Source: a bacterium
Lineage (GTDB): Bacteria; Patescibacteriota; JACMRA01
Reading direction: 5' to 3'
DNA: 35,719 bases
Assembly: GCA_043764315.1 (NCBI GenBank)
Contig: JAYUKQ010000099.1
Span: forward strand, 1 to 35,719
The translations under genes and the position numbers were made by a program. This document shows, in pieces, positions 9,720-18,449 of this stretch. The notes under the pieces are model-generated. The model saw nothing but the letters and a program-made list of their open reading frames with translations. It had not been told where the DNA came from and did no database searches. Numbering within the stretch: the stretch's first letter is position 1; every line of letters begins with the position of its first letter.

Positions 9720-12119
9720 CTATTCACCCATTTCGTAAGCAACTTTGATTGTTCCTTTTTTGGATTGGATTTTGCGGATTTTGATAGAATTGAGTTCACG
9801 AGTATTGTTGATATGAGTTCCACCACAACCACATTGTAAAGTTTTGAAATAGGTGTTATCTTGACCTTGAATAACGATTTTGCGAGATACTTCCACACCT
9901 GATTGTTTGACTTTGGTATCTTGGGAGTACATTGGAACAAAATCTAATTCTTGTAATCGCAGCTCATTAACTTTGTCTTCAATCTTAGTTATAAGCTCTG
10001 TAGTCACATCGACTTCGCCGTAATATTGAACGTACGGACCAGCTGGAAATGAATAACCTTTGTCTGATTCCCAAGTCAAACCTAATTCACTAATAGCAAA
10101 ATCAATCAAGTGAGCCGCGGAATGTAATTGAATATTTTGGATTCTAGCTTCCGAATTGACTTTGAGATTAACTTCATTGCCACAATTAATATCGGAGTTT
10201 AGTTCGTTTTCAAAATATCCAAAATGCTTTACAATCCCTTCTTCTTTAATGCACTTAGTAACAACAAAATAGTCATTTGGGTTCAAAAACACTTTTCCAG
10301 TATCGCTTGGTTGACCTCCACCTTGAGGATAAAATATTGTTTTATCAAGCATAATATATGTCCCAATTTCATTAACGATAATATCGGTAACTTTGGCGGT
10401 AGATTCGTACCTATAACTATCTTGCCAGTATTCCAATATAGTTCCACCGTGCCAGTTGATTTGGTCAAAAGTAATTGTTTCAATAGCGGTTTCAACTGTA
10501 AATTCAGGTTCGGATTCCGAATTTGTTTTATTCTCTAAAGCTTTTTTTTCTGTTTCCTGAATATTACTCACTCCCAAAGCCTCTAGCTCTTTTGAATACT
10601 TTAGAATTTGATCCTGTAAATATTTGATTTTAGACTCTTTGATTGTTTTGGAATTGTTTATTTCTTGTCTAATATGTGGAAAAGTGACACATTCACGAAT
10701 ATGTTTACCAAGTAGAAACGATACAACTCGCTCTGAAGTTCCAAAGCCAGACATTGGCGGCATACCATATTCCATAGCTTTGACATAGTTCATATCCATG
10801 AATTGAGCCTCTTCATTGCCAGCGTCTCTGGCTTCTTGTTGTTTCTCAAAACGACCAAATTGATCAATCGGATCATTAAGCTCACTAAAAGCTTTGCCCA
10901 GTTCAGCTCCGCCCGCAACTACTTGCCATCGTTGAGTCAATTCGGGATTACTCGGATCACGCTTTGCTAGTGGCTCTAATTCGACAGGAGGCAAAACCAA
11001 AAAGAAAGGATTAGTTGTATTCACACGAGATTTTTTCCAGAGTTTGTCCATGAGTGTACCTCTTCCATCTTCTATTCTTACATCGTTGATATCATTAGAC
11101 TTACACATTGCCAGCAATTCTTCATCAGTCTTATTCTCGGTATCAATTCCCCCACCAGAAAAATAACGCACAGCTTCAAAGTATGGAATCTTAGGCCAGC
11201 CAGCTAAACCATCTTTGATAGTTGCAATTAGCTCCCAATTCATTTTTTTGGCTTCTGAAAGGCTACACCATTCTCCCCAATTAATATCGGCACCGTTATA
11301 AGCAACTTGATTCATTTTGCCAAGTATTTCTTCAACAACTCGTTGATACACTCTCTTTACAAACTTAGCTGCCCAGTCGTAATCAGTGTAAGCACAATAC
11401 CATTCAATCTGTGTATATTCTTGAAGATGCTGCGGACTCGATCCTTCGTTACGAAAAATTCTACCAATCTCAAAAACCCTTTCAAAACCTCCAGCTACAA
11501 GCTTCTTAAGAGGTAATTCAAGCGATATTCTAAGATACATTTCTTGATCTAACTCGTTATAAAAGGTTGTAAAAGGCTTAGCTTCTGCTCCACCTGGAAC
11601 CGATTCAAAAACTGGACACTCGACTTCAAGAAACCCTTCACTTTCCATTTCTTCACGCCATATCTGCCAATATTTGGCTTTGTAACGTACAATGTCACGG
11701 ATAGCTAAGCCATTCTCATCTTTGGTGTTCATTTTAAAATCAGCTACACGATCAAGATAACGAGATTCTATGTTCGTATAATCCATTATTTCTGGTAAAG
11801 GTCTAAGCGACTTAGCCAAAACCTTGTAATCATTAACAAAAATTGAAGCTTCTCCAGTTTGTGAATAATCCATCATACCAGTTACTTGAAGATAATCTCC
11901 TTCATCGATAAGATTCTTAAAATGATCAAAAGTTAGTGAGATTAATTGAGTATCATCCAGAGCTTTGGTTAGCAAATCATTGAGCATCTTAGAACCGTCC
12001 TGTGGCAAATAAAAACCTTTGTGAATACCTTTTAAAACGTCTTCAAGAGCTGTAGTTAAACCGATTGTGTTAGACCACTCTAATTGTTGAGGAGATAAGA
12101 ATTTGGAAACTAATGACAT
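9720..12119 (-). CDS. lysS: Lysyl-tRNA synthetase class II C-terminal subunit (second half of OB fold plus catalytic domain) fused to an AlaX editing domain
   Basis: IDEGDYLQVTG..SQTGEAS..LAKSLRPLPE, GGAEAKPF, YLRISLEL, motif 2 FRNEG, SELNDP, motif 3 YGMPPMSGFGTSER; C-terminal TIFYPQGGGQPSDTG, HSAAH, CGGTH. Confidence 0.93.
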   Translation of the reverse strand: MSLVSKFLSPQQLEWSNTIGLTTALEDVLKGIHKGFYLPQDGSKMLNDLLTKALDDTQLISLTFDHFKNLIDEGDYLQVTGMMDYSQTGEASIFVNDYKVLAKSLRPLPEIMDYTNIESRYLDRVADFKMNTKDENGLAIRDIVRYKAKYWQIWREEMESEGFLEVECPVFESVPGGAEAKPFTTFYNELDQEMYLRISLELPLKKLVAGGFERVFEIGRIFRNEGSSPQHLQEYTQIEWYCAYTDYDWAAKFVKRVYQRVVEEILGKMNQVAYNGADINWGEWCSLSEAKKMNWELIATIKDGLAGWPKIPYFEAVRYFSGGGIDTENKTDEELLAMCKSNDINDVRIEDGRGTLMDKLWKKSRVNTTNPFFLVLPPVELEPLAKRDPSNPELTQRWQVVAGGAELGKAFSELNDPIDQFGRFEKQQEARDAGNEEAQFMDMNYVKAMEYGMPPMSGFGTSERVVSFLLGKHIRECVTFPHIRQEINNSKTIKESKIKYLQDQILKYSKELEALGVSNIQETEKKALENKTNSESEPEFTVETAIETITFDQINWHGGTILEYWQDSYRYESTAKVTDIIVNEIGTYIMLDKTIFYPQGGGQPSDTGKVFLNPNDYFVVTKCIKEEGIVKHFGYFENELNSDINCGNEVNLKVNSEARIQNIQLHSAAHLIDFAISELGLTWESDKGYSFPAGPYVQYYGEVDVTTELITKIEDKVNELRLQELDFVPMYSQDTKVKQSGVEVSRKIVIQGQDNTYFKTLQCGCGGTHINNTRELNSIKIRKIQSKKGTIKVAYEMGE

Positions 12120-12256
12120 ATTTGTACAGCTTGAGTAAATCTTACTCTTTGGTCAAACAACTCAAATGCAAACATTTTTAAAATCAATCAATTGCTCAAA
12201 ACAAAAACTTACCTTAGACTTGTATTAATTAGCAAAAATAAAAATTCAAAAATAAA

Positions 12257-13024
12257 ATGATTACACAAAAATTACAACGAAAATATATAAGGGGGGTAGA
12301 AACAGCAATTGAAAATGAAGCGAATTTACAAACTTCAGATGAATTATCAAGGACTAAAAGAGTTTTATCTAAATTCTTCACCGCACGAAATGCTTTGATT
12401 AGCGGAGGAGGACTTATAGCACTTTTGAATTTTGCACAACCAGCATTTTCTCAAGTAGCGGTAGAGGCAGAAGATTCGATACCTGTACCAATAGAACAAC
12501 AATCAAATTTACCAGCAGCAACAAAAGATAATGTTGAAATACCAAATCTTCCCCATCTTCCACCAAGAGTAAAACCAATAAGTTCCAATGAAAGACCAAT
12601 AGTTAGACCTCCAAGTGCAGATGAATTAAATTTAGATCGCCAACCCTTAACAGTGAATCAAGAAGGTTACAATAACACGTTTAACAACAACCGACCATCC
12701 ACATTATTCAACGGAAGCACTAGAACAGGAGATAAAAGTGGTATCAAATTCGAAGTTAAAAGCAATAATGGAAGAGTAGAAGCTGGTGCAAGTCTCACTT
12801 ACATTTTTGGAGAAGGTGCAGATCGCGCAGTTGAAAAAGATAGAGTAAGAAGTCAATTAGAGAGTTTACAAGTACAAACTAATGGAGCAACAGCAATTGA
12901 AGGAATTAAAGGATGTACGGAAATTGCAAAAAGTATACCAACCTCTGAAAGAGGTGAATTCTATTTAAATTGTATGAAAGCGGCTACGGAAGGAACAGTT
13001 GCTCTACCAATTCCAAAAAAATAA
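12257..13024 (+). CDS. Hypothetical secreted protein
   Basis: 255 aa ORF; hydrophobic segment ending AQPAFS/Q after a ~45 aa charged N-terminal region; Pro-rich linker; C-terminal Cys pair. Confidence 0.7.
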   Translation: MITQKLQRKYIRGVETAIENEANLQTSDELSRTKRVLSKFFTARNALISGGGLIALLNFAQPAFSQVAVEAEDSIPVPIEQQSNLPAATKDNVEIPNLPHLPPRVKPISSNERPIVRPPSADELNLDRQPLTVNQEGYNNTFNNNRPSTLFNGSTRTGDKSGIKFEVKSNNGRVEAGASLTYIFGEGADRAVEKDRVRSQLESLQVQTNGATAIEGIKGCTEIAKSIPTSERGEFYLNCMKAATEGTVALPIPKK

Positions 13025-13041
13025 ATCTCAAAAAACTCAAC

Positions 13042-14196
13042 TTACTTCAAGCTTCTCAAAAAACTCATTAACTTGGGTTTCTTTTTGTGTTGAATTGTAA
13101 TGTACTTCATGGCTTCGTCAAAATAATCTGAATAACCCAAAATTCTCCATTTGGTCATAGTTTTTTCTAGTTCGGAATAATCTCCAACAGGCAAAAAATC
13201 CGACCACATTTTGACTTGATTCAAGATTCTAATTTCAATTGACTCTCGTTGCTCTGGAATAAGATGGCAAATATCAAGTAACAATTCACAATCAAAATAC
13301 TGCAAGTTACCCTCCAAAAAACTAGTGTACACAGACGACAACACAAAGTCTAACCAAATTTCGCTTTGACCTTCAAAATCTTCCTTAAGCCTTGCTAGAA
13401 TTTCACCTTTATCTGAATCTTCCAAGCTTTTTACTGTAGAATTAATCAGGTGATCAAAAGGTTTGGTGAGTACTGCAAAACGCAATTTCCAAACTTCTGA
13501 CCAAAAAGACAGTCGCTGCCTATCAATAAAATTTGGCAATAGATCCAAACAAAATTGCCACCAACGAGTTCCATCTAACTTAAGAGCAGTAAGAATCAAA
13601 TACAAAGCTTTTTTTTCGTTTTCATACTGGCGAAGCTGTGAAGTGAAGTAAGTTGAGATTTGGTTTTGGAAGTCGGTATAATCAACTTGGTTTTTTTGGA
13701 AATCAAAGATGAATTGTTCCCACCAAAAAATATTCTGTTGCCGAGATTGGCTAAAGTACGTATCCAAATGACCTAGAAGTTTGCGTTGTTTGGATTGCTG
13801 TTCTACCGCAAAGATTGAACCTAAAATTGAATCTTCCACTTTTTGATCCAGTTTTTGCTTGCCTTGAATATCAAAAAACTCTTTTTCCAAATCGTGACAA
13901 ACAGCTACAATATGCTTACATAAGCCAAATTCTGAAAAGTAAGGACAAGTACAACTAACGAATTGATTAATAGCTTCATCGGCTTGAGCGAACTTCGATC
14001 TAGGAAGTAAAAAGTGCAACAAAGGCATTCTAACTATGTACACTTCAGTCCCAAGAACCTTATATTCTCGCCAATTATCTAAGAGCAAATTCTTGTGAGA
14101 CAATACTCCACCTTCAAGATATAATCTAACTCCACGATCAAAAATACTCTTGGGAACTTGGTTTTGAACTAATTGTAGATAACTAAAAATTGACAT
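13042..14196 (-). CDS. SWIM zinc finger domain protein
   Basis: IFDRGVRLY and SCTCPYFSEFGLCKHIVAV (CxC...CxH). Start moved to ATG 14196, behind TTGACC-17-CAAAAT. Confidence 0.85.
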   Translation of the reverse strand: MSIFSYLQLVQNQVPKSIFDRGVRLYLEGGVLSHKNLLLDNWREYKVLGTEVYIVRMPLLHFLLPRSKFAQADEAINQFVSCTCPYFSEFGLCKHIVAVCHDLEKEFFDIQGKQKLDQKVEDSILGSIFAVEQQSKQRKLLGHLDTYFSQSRQQNIFWWEQFIFDFQKNQVDYTDFQNQISTYFTSQLRQYENEKKALYLILTALKLDGTRWWQFCLDLLPNFIDRQRLSFWSEVWKLRFAVLTKPFDHLINSTVKSLEDSDKGEILARLKEDFEGQSEIWLDFVLSSVYTSFLEGNLQYFDCELLLDICHLIPEQRESIEIRILNQVKMWSDFLPVGDYSELEKTMTKWRILGYSDYFDEAMKYITIQHKKKPKLMSFLRSLK

Positions 14197-14304
14197 TATA
14201 AAAGCATTTTGAGACCAGTGAACCTTTTGGTCAAGGAAAATCTTTGGAAATAAAAACCTCAAATCTAAAGGATTAACCCTTTGGAAAGTAATTTTTAAAA
14301 CAAT

Positions 14305-14352
14305 TTTAAATTGACTCGCTTGAGGGGCTTGCACGAAGCGACTGGGGTTTTT
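14305..14352 (-). repeat. REP-like element
   Basis: Reverse complement aaaaccccagtcgcttcgtgcaagcccctcaagcgagtcaattt matches the 884/35632 family. Confidence 0.65.
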
Positions 14353-14382
14353 GTAAGTTTTGGTGGGTGATTAGAAGTCTAT

Positions 14383-14411
14383 TTGCAAAAACAATTTTTG
14401 TACTGTATAAT
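14383..14411 (+). promoter_or_regulatory. Sigma70-type promoter
   Basis: TTGCAA-17 bp-TATAAT. Confidence 0.7.
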
Positions 14412-14418
14412 ACTTCTT

Positions 14419-14477
14419 AAAGCCAAAGCCAAAGCCAAAGCCAAAGCCAAAATAAATATAAATATAAATATAAATAT
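14419..14477 (+). repeat. Adjacent microsatellites (AAAGCC)5 and (AAATAT)4
   Basis: Seen directly at 14419-14448 and 14454-14477. Confidence 0.95.
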
Positions 14478-15183
14478 GGTTACAAAAAAATTGACAAAAA
14501 TTTGGTTAAAAGAAAATGAAAGTGGAAATAATCAATCAATGGAAAACACAAATCCAAATAGTATTGAATTTGTCTTTGTTCCAAAGAATAGTGAAAGAAC
14601 TAAAACTGAAATCAATGATATAAGAAATCAAGGTAATGTAGCATTAGGTTTCCTTAAGTCAAAATTAAAACACAAAGCGAATAACTCATCAGAAGTTGTT
14701 GAACAAATTCCAAATAATACAAGTGCAGAAGTATTATCAGAACAAAGTATCGATACCAACGAAGTAGAGGCCCCAACAGAGGTAACTAGTCCAACCCTAG
14801 AAGAATTACAAGATCGTTCAACACAACTTCAACAATTAGAAATTAGATTTAGATATGGTTTGATAAGCCAATTAGATTATGCATCAAAAAAATATAATAT
14901 TGAACATAACGTTGAAGAAAATAATAATCTAACATTAGCACCAAAAGAATCCAGAAAAGAAAGAGAATTAAAATATTTAAAAAGTGACTTAAGGTTATTG
15001 GAGGCTAGAAGATATAGTATGGATGCTAATACTTACAACAGATTGAAATATGAAATTAATGCAAAAATTAATGCAATAAATACAGCTCAAAATATATCTG
15101 ATGGTACAAATGAAAGAACAAATCTAACTCTTATACAAGGTGGTAAAAGCGATTCAACAGCTTATCAGCGACGATCAGCATAA
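14476..15183 (+). CDS. Hypothetical protein with two SHOCT-like helical segments
   Basis: LQQLEIRFRYGLISQLDYASKKYNI is SHOCT-like. Start is ATG 14476 or 14539, not TTG 14383, which is the -35 box. Confidence 0.65.
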   Translation: MVTKKLTKIWLKENESGNNQSMENTNPNSIEFVFVPKNSERTKTEINDIRNQGNVALGFLKSKLKHKANNSSEVVEQIPNNTSAEVLSEQSIDTNEVEAPTEVTSPTLEELQDRSTQLQQLEIRFRYGLISQLDYASKKYNIEHNVEENNNLTLAPKESRKERELKYLKSDLRLLEARRYSMDANTYNRLKYEINAKINAINTAQNISDGTNERTNLTLIQGGKSDSTAYQRRSA

Positions 15184-15186
15184 ACA

Positions 15187-15788
15187 TTAGTCTAATTGAT
15201 CAATCATCTTGTTAATCATTGTAATTTGATTGGTAACTTGAGCATGAGGTTGCAATTGTAGCAAAACCAAAAACTTGTTATTAACTGTCTTGGAGCCAAC
15301 GAGTCCAATTGGCAAGTATCGATTGAGAATTACACTAACCCAAAGTGTATAATCCCAATAGCAGTAACTCGAGATTATCGGAACAGTCGTATTGAATTGA
15401 GTTAGTCGAGAAGTGTCACCTTGGAGTAGAATAATCTTGCGAACTGAACTTGGAAGTAAATTAGTTTGTAGATAATTAGCCAAGAATTGACAACCCATCG
15501 AATGGCACATCACAATCTCGGGATTATTGTGGCTAAAAAATTCCTTAAGTTTCAAAATATATTCGATATCTTGAATTTGCTTTTGTTCATGAAAATAGTT
15601 GATAATATAAGCAAATGGATTGAGAGATTCTAATATTCCAAATTGTCTATCATCTCCCCTACTAGCTGCAAGCAGCCTCGATAAGGTAAAAACTGCCAGT
15701 CTTCAGCTCGAATTTGATACAAACCAAAGTTACAAGTGAGATTGTTAGCATTACCAGGGGTAATTGCAATTTTTGGCTTGAGTAGCAT
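15187..15788 (-). pseudogene. Frameshifted alpha/beta-hydrolase-like gene
   Basis: The frame from ATG 15788 (MLLKPKIAITPG...) stops after 52 aa; an overlapping frame carries ...QFGILESLNPFAY...CHSMGCQFL (nucleophile-elbow-like) to 15187. Confidence 0.5.
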
Positions 15789-15884
15789 TCAAAATTAAGT
15801 ATTTGATTAATTAATATCTACCAAAACTGATTGATTCAATTCACATTGTAACTAGTCTCCAATACTTTGGTATTTACAGATAAT

Positions 15885-16748
15885 CTATTTAATTTTAACC
15901 AAAAAACCAGAGGGCAAACCAACACCAGATTCACATTGTTGAACTAATTCTTCAGCTACAACCTTCTTTTCAGGGAATAGTTTGGAAACTAAAATTTGCA
16001 ACAAAGCTGGGGTGAATCTAGGAGAATGTAGTGTAACTATCATCATACCATTTTTGGACAAAAGTTGATAAGAAGTCTTAAGCAATTTGACCAAATCATC
16101 TTCGATCTTAAAAACTTCACCTTTGGTTCCACGCCCATAACTTGGAGCGTCAAGCATAATTGCAGGATATTTGGCTTCACGGCGAACTTCACGAGCGATG
16201 AATTTGTATACATCTTCAAGTATGAATCTTTGACCTTGGCGATCAACTCCGTTATTGTCTAAGTTTTCGGTGTATCGATCCATGGAAGCTCGAGAAGAAT
16301 CTACTGCAGTAATTTTGTAACCTTCCGTCGCTAGCGAAACACAACTCGAACCAGAGTAAGTGAATAGGTTAAGAATTTTGCAGTTAGGTACGAATTCATC
16401 TTTGAGAGCTGGACCATACAGCCAGTGTTCCGCAAAAACACCAATGTTGCCGTATTCATTCGGTTCTATAATCCACTTAACACCGTCACTGGACTCAAGT
16501 TCAAATTCCATTGGAATACCAATTCCCTGCTTGTTACGCTTAGTATCTGGATCTAATTTTAGATTTTTCCATCTACCTTTTTCACCTTCCACAAGTGCAA
16601 ATTCAGCGTCAGCATCTTGCCAATACTTGGTCAAAGAATCTTCATCAATATCCCAGAGAGCTTGAGGACAAGGTCTAATCACTTTAAAATCTCCAAGCAT
16701 TTCTACTTTTTTTTGGTTGCCACAATCTAACAAACGGTATAAAGACAT
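15885..16748 (-). CDS. Class I SAM-dependent methyltransferase (RlmI/RlmK-like)
   Basis: YRLLDCGNQKKVE, RPCPQALW, IGVFAEH, ILNLFTYSGS, MLDAPSYGRG. Confidence 0.87.
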   Translation of the reverse strand: MSLYRLLDCGNQKKVEMLGDFKVIRPCPQALWDIDEDSLTKYWQDADAEFALVEGEKGRWKNLKLDPDTKRNKQGIGIPMEFELESSDGVKWIIEPNEYGNIGVFAEHWLYGPALKDEFVPNCKILNLFTYSGSSCVSLATEGYKITAVDSSRASMDRYTENLDNNGVDRQGQRFILEDVYKFIAREVRREAKYPAIMLDAPSYGRGTKGEVFKIEDDLVKLLKTSYQLLSKNGMMIVTLHSPRFTPALLQILVSKLFPEKKVVAEELVQQCESGVGLPSGFLVKIK

Positions 16749-16950
16749 ATTGCTAAAGGTTGCTAGACAAAGCCTTTTTTGTCAATGAACTAAACTTATT
16801 CAAACTACTGCCATTGTGAGCAAAACCAAAGATAACCCAACATAGCTCAATAATCAAAAATAATTATTTACAAAATCAATAGCCAAATTATCCTCAAAAA
16901 CAAATTCTTTTTTTGAAAAACCCAAATAAGCCGTGCAAAAATAAAAGTAT

Positions 16951-16999
16951 ATCCAATATATAGTATATTAGATTAAAGTTATAACACTATATATAGATT
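16951..16999 (+). promoter_or_regulatory. Tandem NrdR boxes
   Basis: atccaatatatagtat (16951-16966) and acactatatatagatt (16984-16999) fit the consensus acaCwAtATaTwGtgt, 33 bp apart, upstream of nrdB. Confidence 0.8.
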
Positions 17000-17167
17000 A
17001 TATTTATTATCAAAACAACAAAAACCCTTTGATAATCAACAACTTGTCAAAGTAAGTCTTTTTTGTTACTGTTAAATTCGTGATCTACAAGGGAATTAGA
17101 ATACAATAGACAAATACAACTATCAGAAAATTAACCAAACTTGAACAGATTAATTCAAAACAACATT

Positions 17168-18226
17168 ATGCAAATCGATACCAACACCACCAAAAATACT
17201 CGTCAGTTAATCAGCGAACGCAAAATTATCAATGGTCACCCAAGTGGAATGCTTCAATTGTTACCATACAAATATTCCTTCGCTGATAGTTTTTTTGACA
17301 AAATGTACTCCAATAGTTGGCACCCTGCGGAAGTCAACCTAAATGAAGATGTAGCTATGTGGAAGTCAAACCACTTAACCGAAACCGAAAAAGAGGTTTT
17401 TGCTAGATCTTTGTCTTTCGTTTCTAATCTTGATACTGTCCAAACTTACTCTCTCACCCATGCCGTATCTAGACAGATAACTGCGCCTGAAATTCAACTT
17501 TTGATGGTTAGACAGGTTTTTGAAGAAACTATTCATGTTCTCTCTTATAACAGAATGATTGAAATCTTAGGAATGAGTCCAGATGATACTTATGGTCGAT
17601 ATCGTCACGATCAAGAACTCAAAGCCAAACTAGACAATATATGTGAATCCATTAATCAAATCATGGACAAAGATTTCAAAACGGGTTTTGCCGAAACTGA
17701 CGCAATTTACGCTGAAGCTCTGGTTAATAATATTTTGTTGGAAGGTCTGTTTTTCTATTCTTCTTTCTTAATGTTCTATTCCTTAGCAAGAGTTAACAAA
17801 ATGCCTAATTCTTCACGTATGATCGGCCTAATTAATCGTGATGAAGCTACTCATAGAGATCTAATTATTCAAGTATTTAATCTATTGATGCAAGAAAATC
17901 CACAAATCTGGACAGTCGCTTTCCAAAATCAGATGATTAATAAAGTCAAAAAAGCGGTGGAATTAGAACAACAATGGGGCAAATCAATTATTGGTGACGG
18001 ATTTTTGGGTATTAATCCAGAGAATCTAGATCAATATACTCAATTCTTAGGTGATATAATTCTTACTGGGATTGGATTACCAAAACAGTGGAACGTTACT
18101 AATCCATTTGGTTGGATAGATGAATTCACTCAAATTAATCAAGAACTTGGAGCTTTTTTTGAAACTAATGTTAACCGTTATTCTCAAGCCGTGCCAACTT
18201 TTGAAGAGGCAAGTATCGATTGGTAG
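17168..18226 (+). CDS. nrdB: Ribonucleoside-diphosphate reductase class I beta (R2) subunit
   Basis: SNLDTVQ, EETIHVLSY (ExxH plus radical Tyr), LEGLFFYSSF, NRDEATH, C-terminal FFETNVNRY. Confidence 0.93.
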   Translation: MQIDTNTTKNTRQLISERKIINGHPSGMLQLLPYKYSFADSFFDKMYSNSWHPAEVNLNEDVAMWKSNHLTETEKEVFARSLSFVSNLDTVQTYSLTHAVSRQITAPEIQLLMVRQVFEETIHVLSYNRMIEILGMSPDDTYGRYRHDQELKAKLDNICESINQIMDKDFKTGFAETDAIYAEALVNNILLEGLFFYSSFLMFYSLARVNKMPNSSRMIGLINRDEATHRDLIIQVFNLLMQENPQIWTVAFQNQMINKVKKAVELEQQWGKSIIGDGFLGINPENLDQYTQFLGDIILTGIGLPKQWNVTNPFGWIDEFTQINQELGAFFETNVNRYSQAVPTFEEASIDW

Positions 18227-18254
18227 AGTCAACTTAAAATTAAAAAACCGAATT

Positions 18255-18280
18255 AACCCTACAGTAAAGGGTTTTTTATT
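18255..18280 (+). terminator. Rho-independent terminator after nrdB
   Basis: aaccct-acagtaa-agggtt followed by a T tract. Confidence 0.65.
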
Positions 18281-18449
18281 ACGCTTTAGAATTACATATC
18301 CAAATGTATGTGAACTATGACTGAACTATGATTAACTTTTATTCAAAAAATAACTTACTAATTAGGATTAGTTACTTATCAAAAAAGTTGCTTTGTAAAA
18401 AAGAAAGGTAATAGTATTATACTAGGTGTAACCTTATGAAGTCAAAGAA

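Noticed and set aside
8886-12119. Split intein joining the LysRS pieces
   Set aside because: No Cys/Ser-initiated intein block A in the N-piece tail and no His-Asn-Cys/Ser/Thr junction in the extension of the large piece.
14383-14475. N-terminal KAKAKAKAKAKININININ peptide
   Set aside because: The TTG start is the -35 box of a consensus promoter; the peptide is translated microsatellite.
18311-18331. Short direct repeat tgaactatga x2
   Set aside because: Two 10-bp copies in AT-rich DNA with no supportable function.
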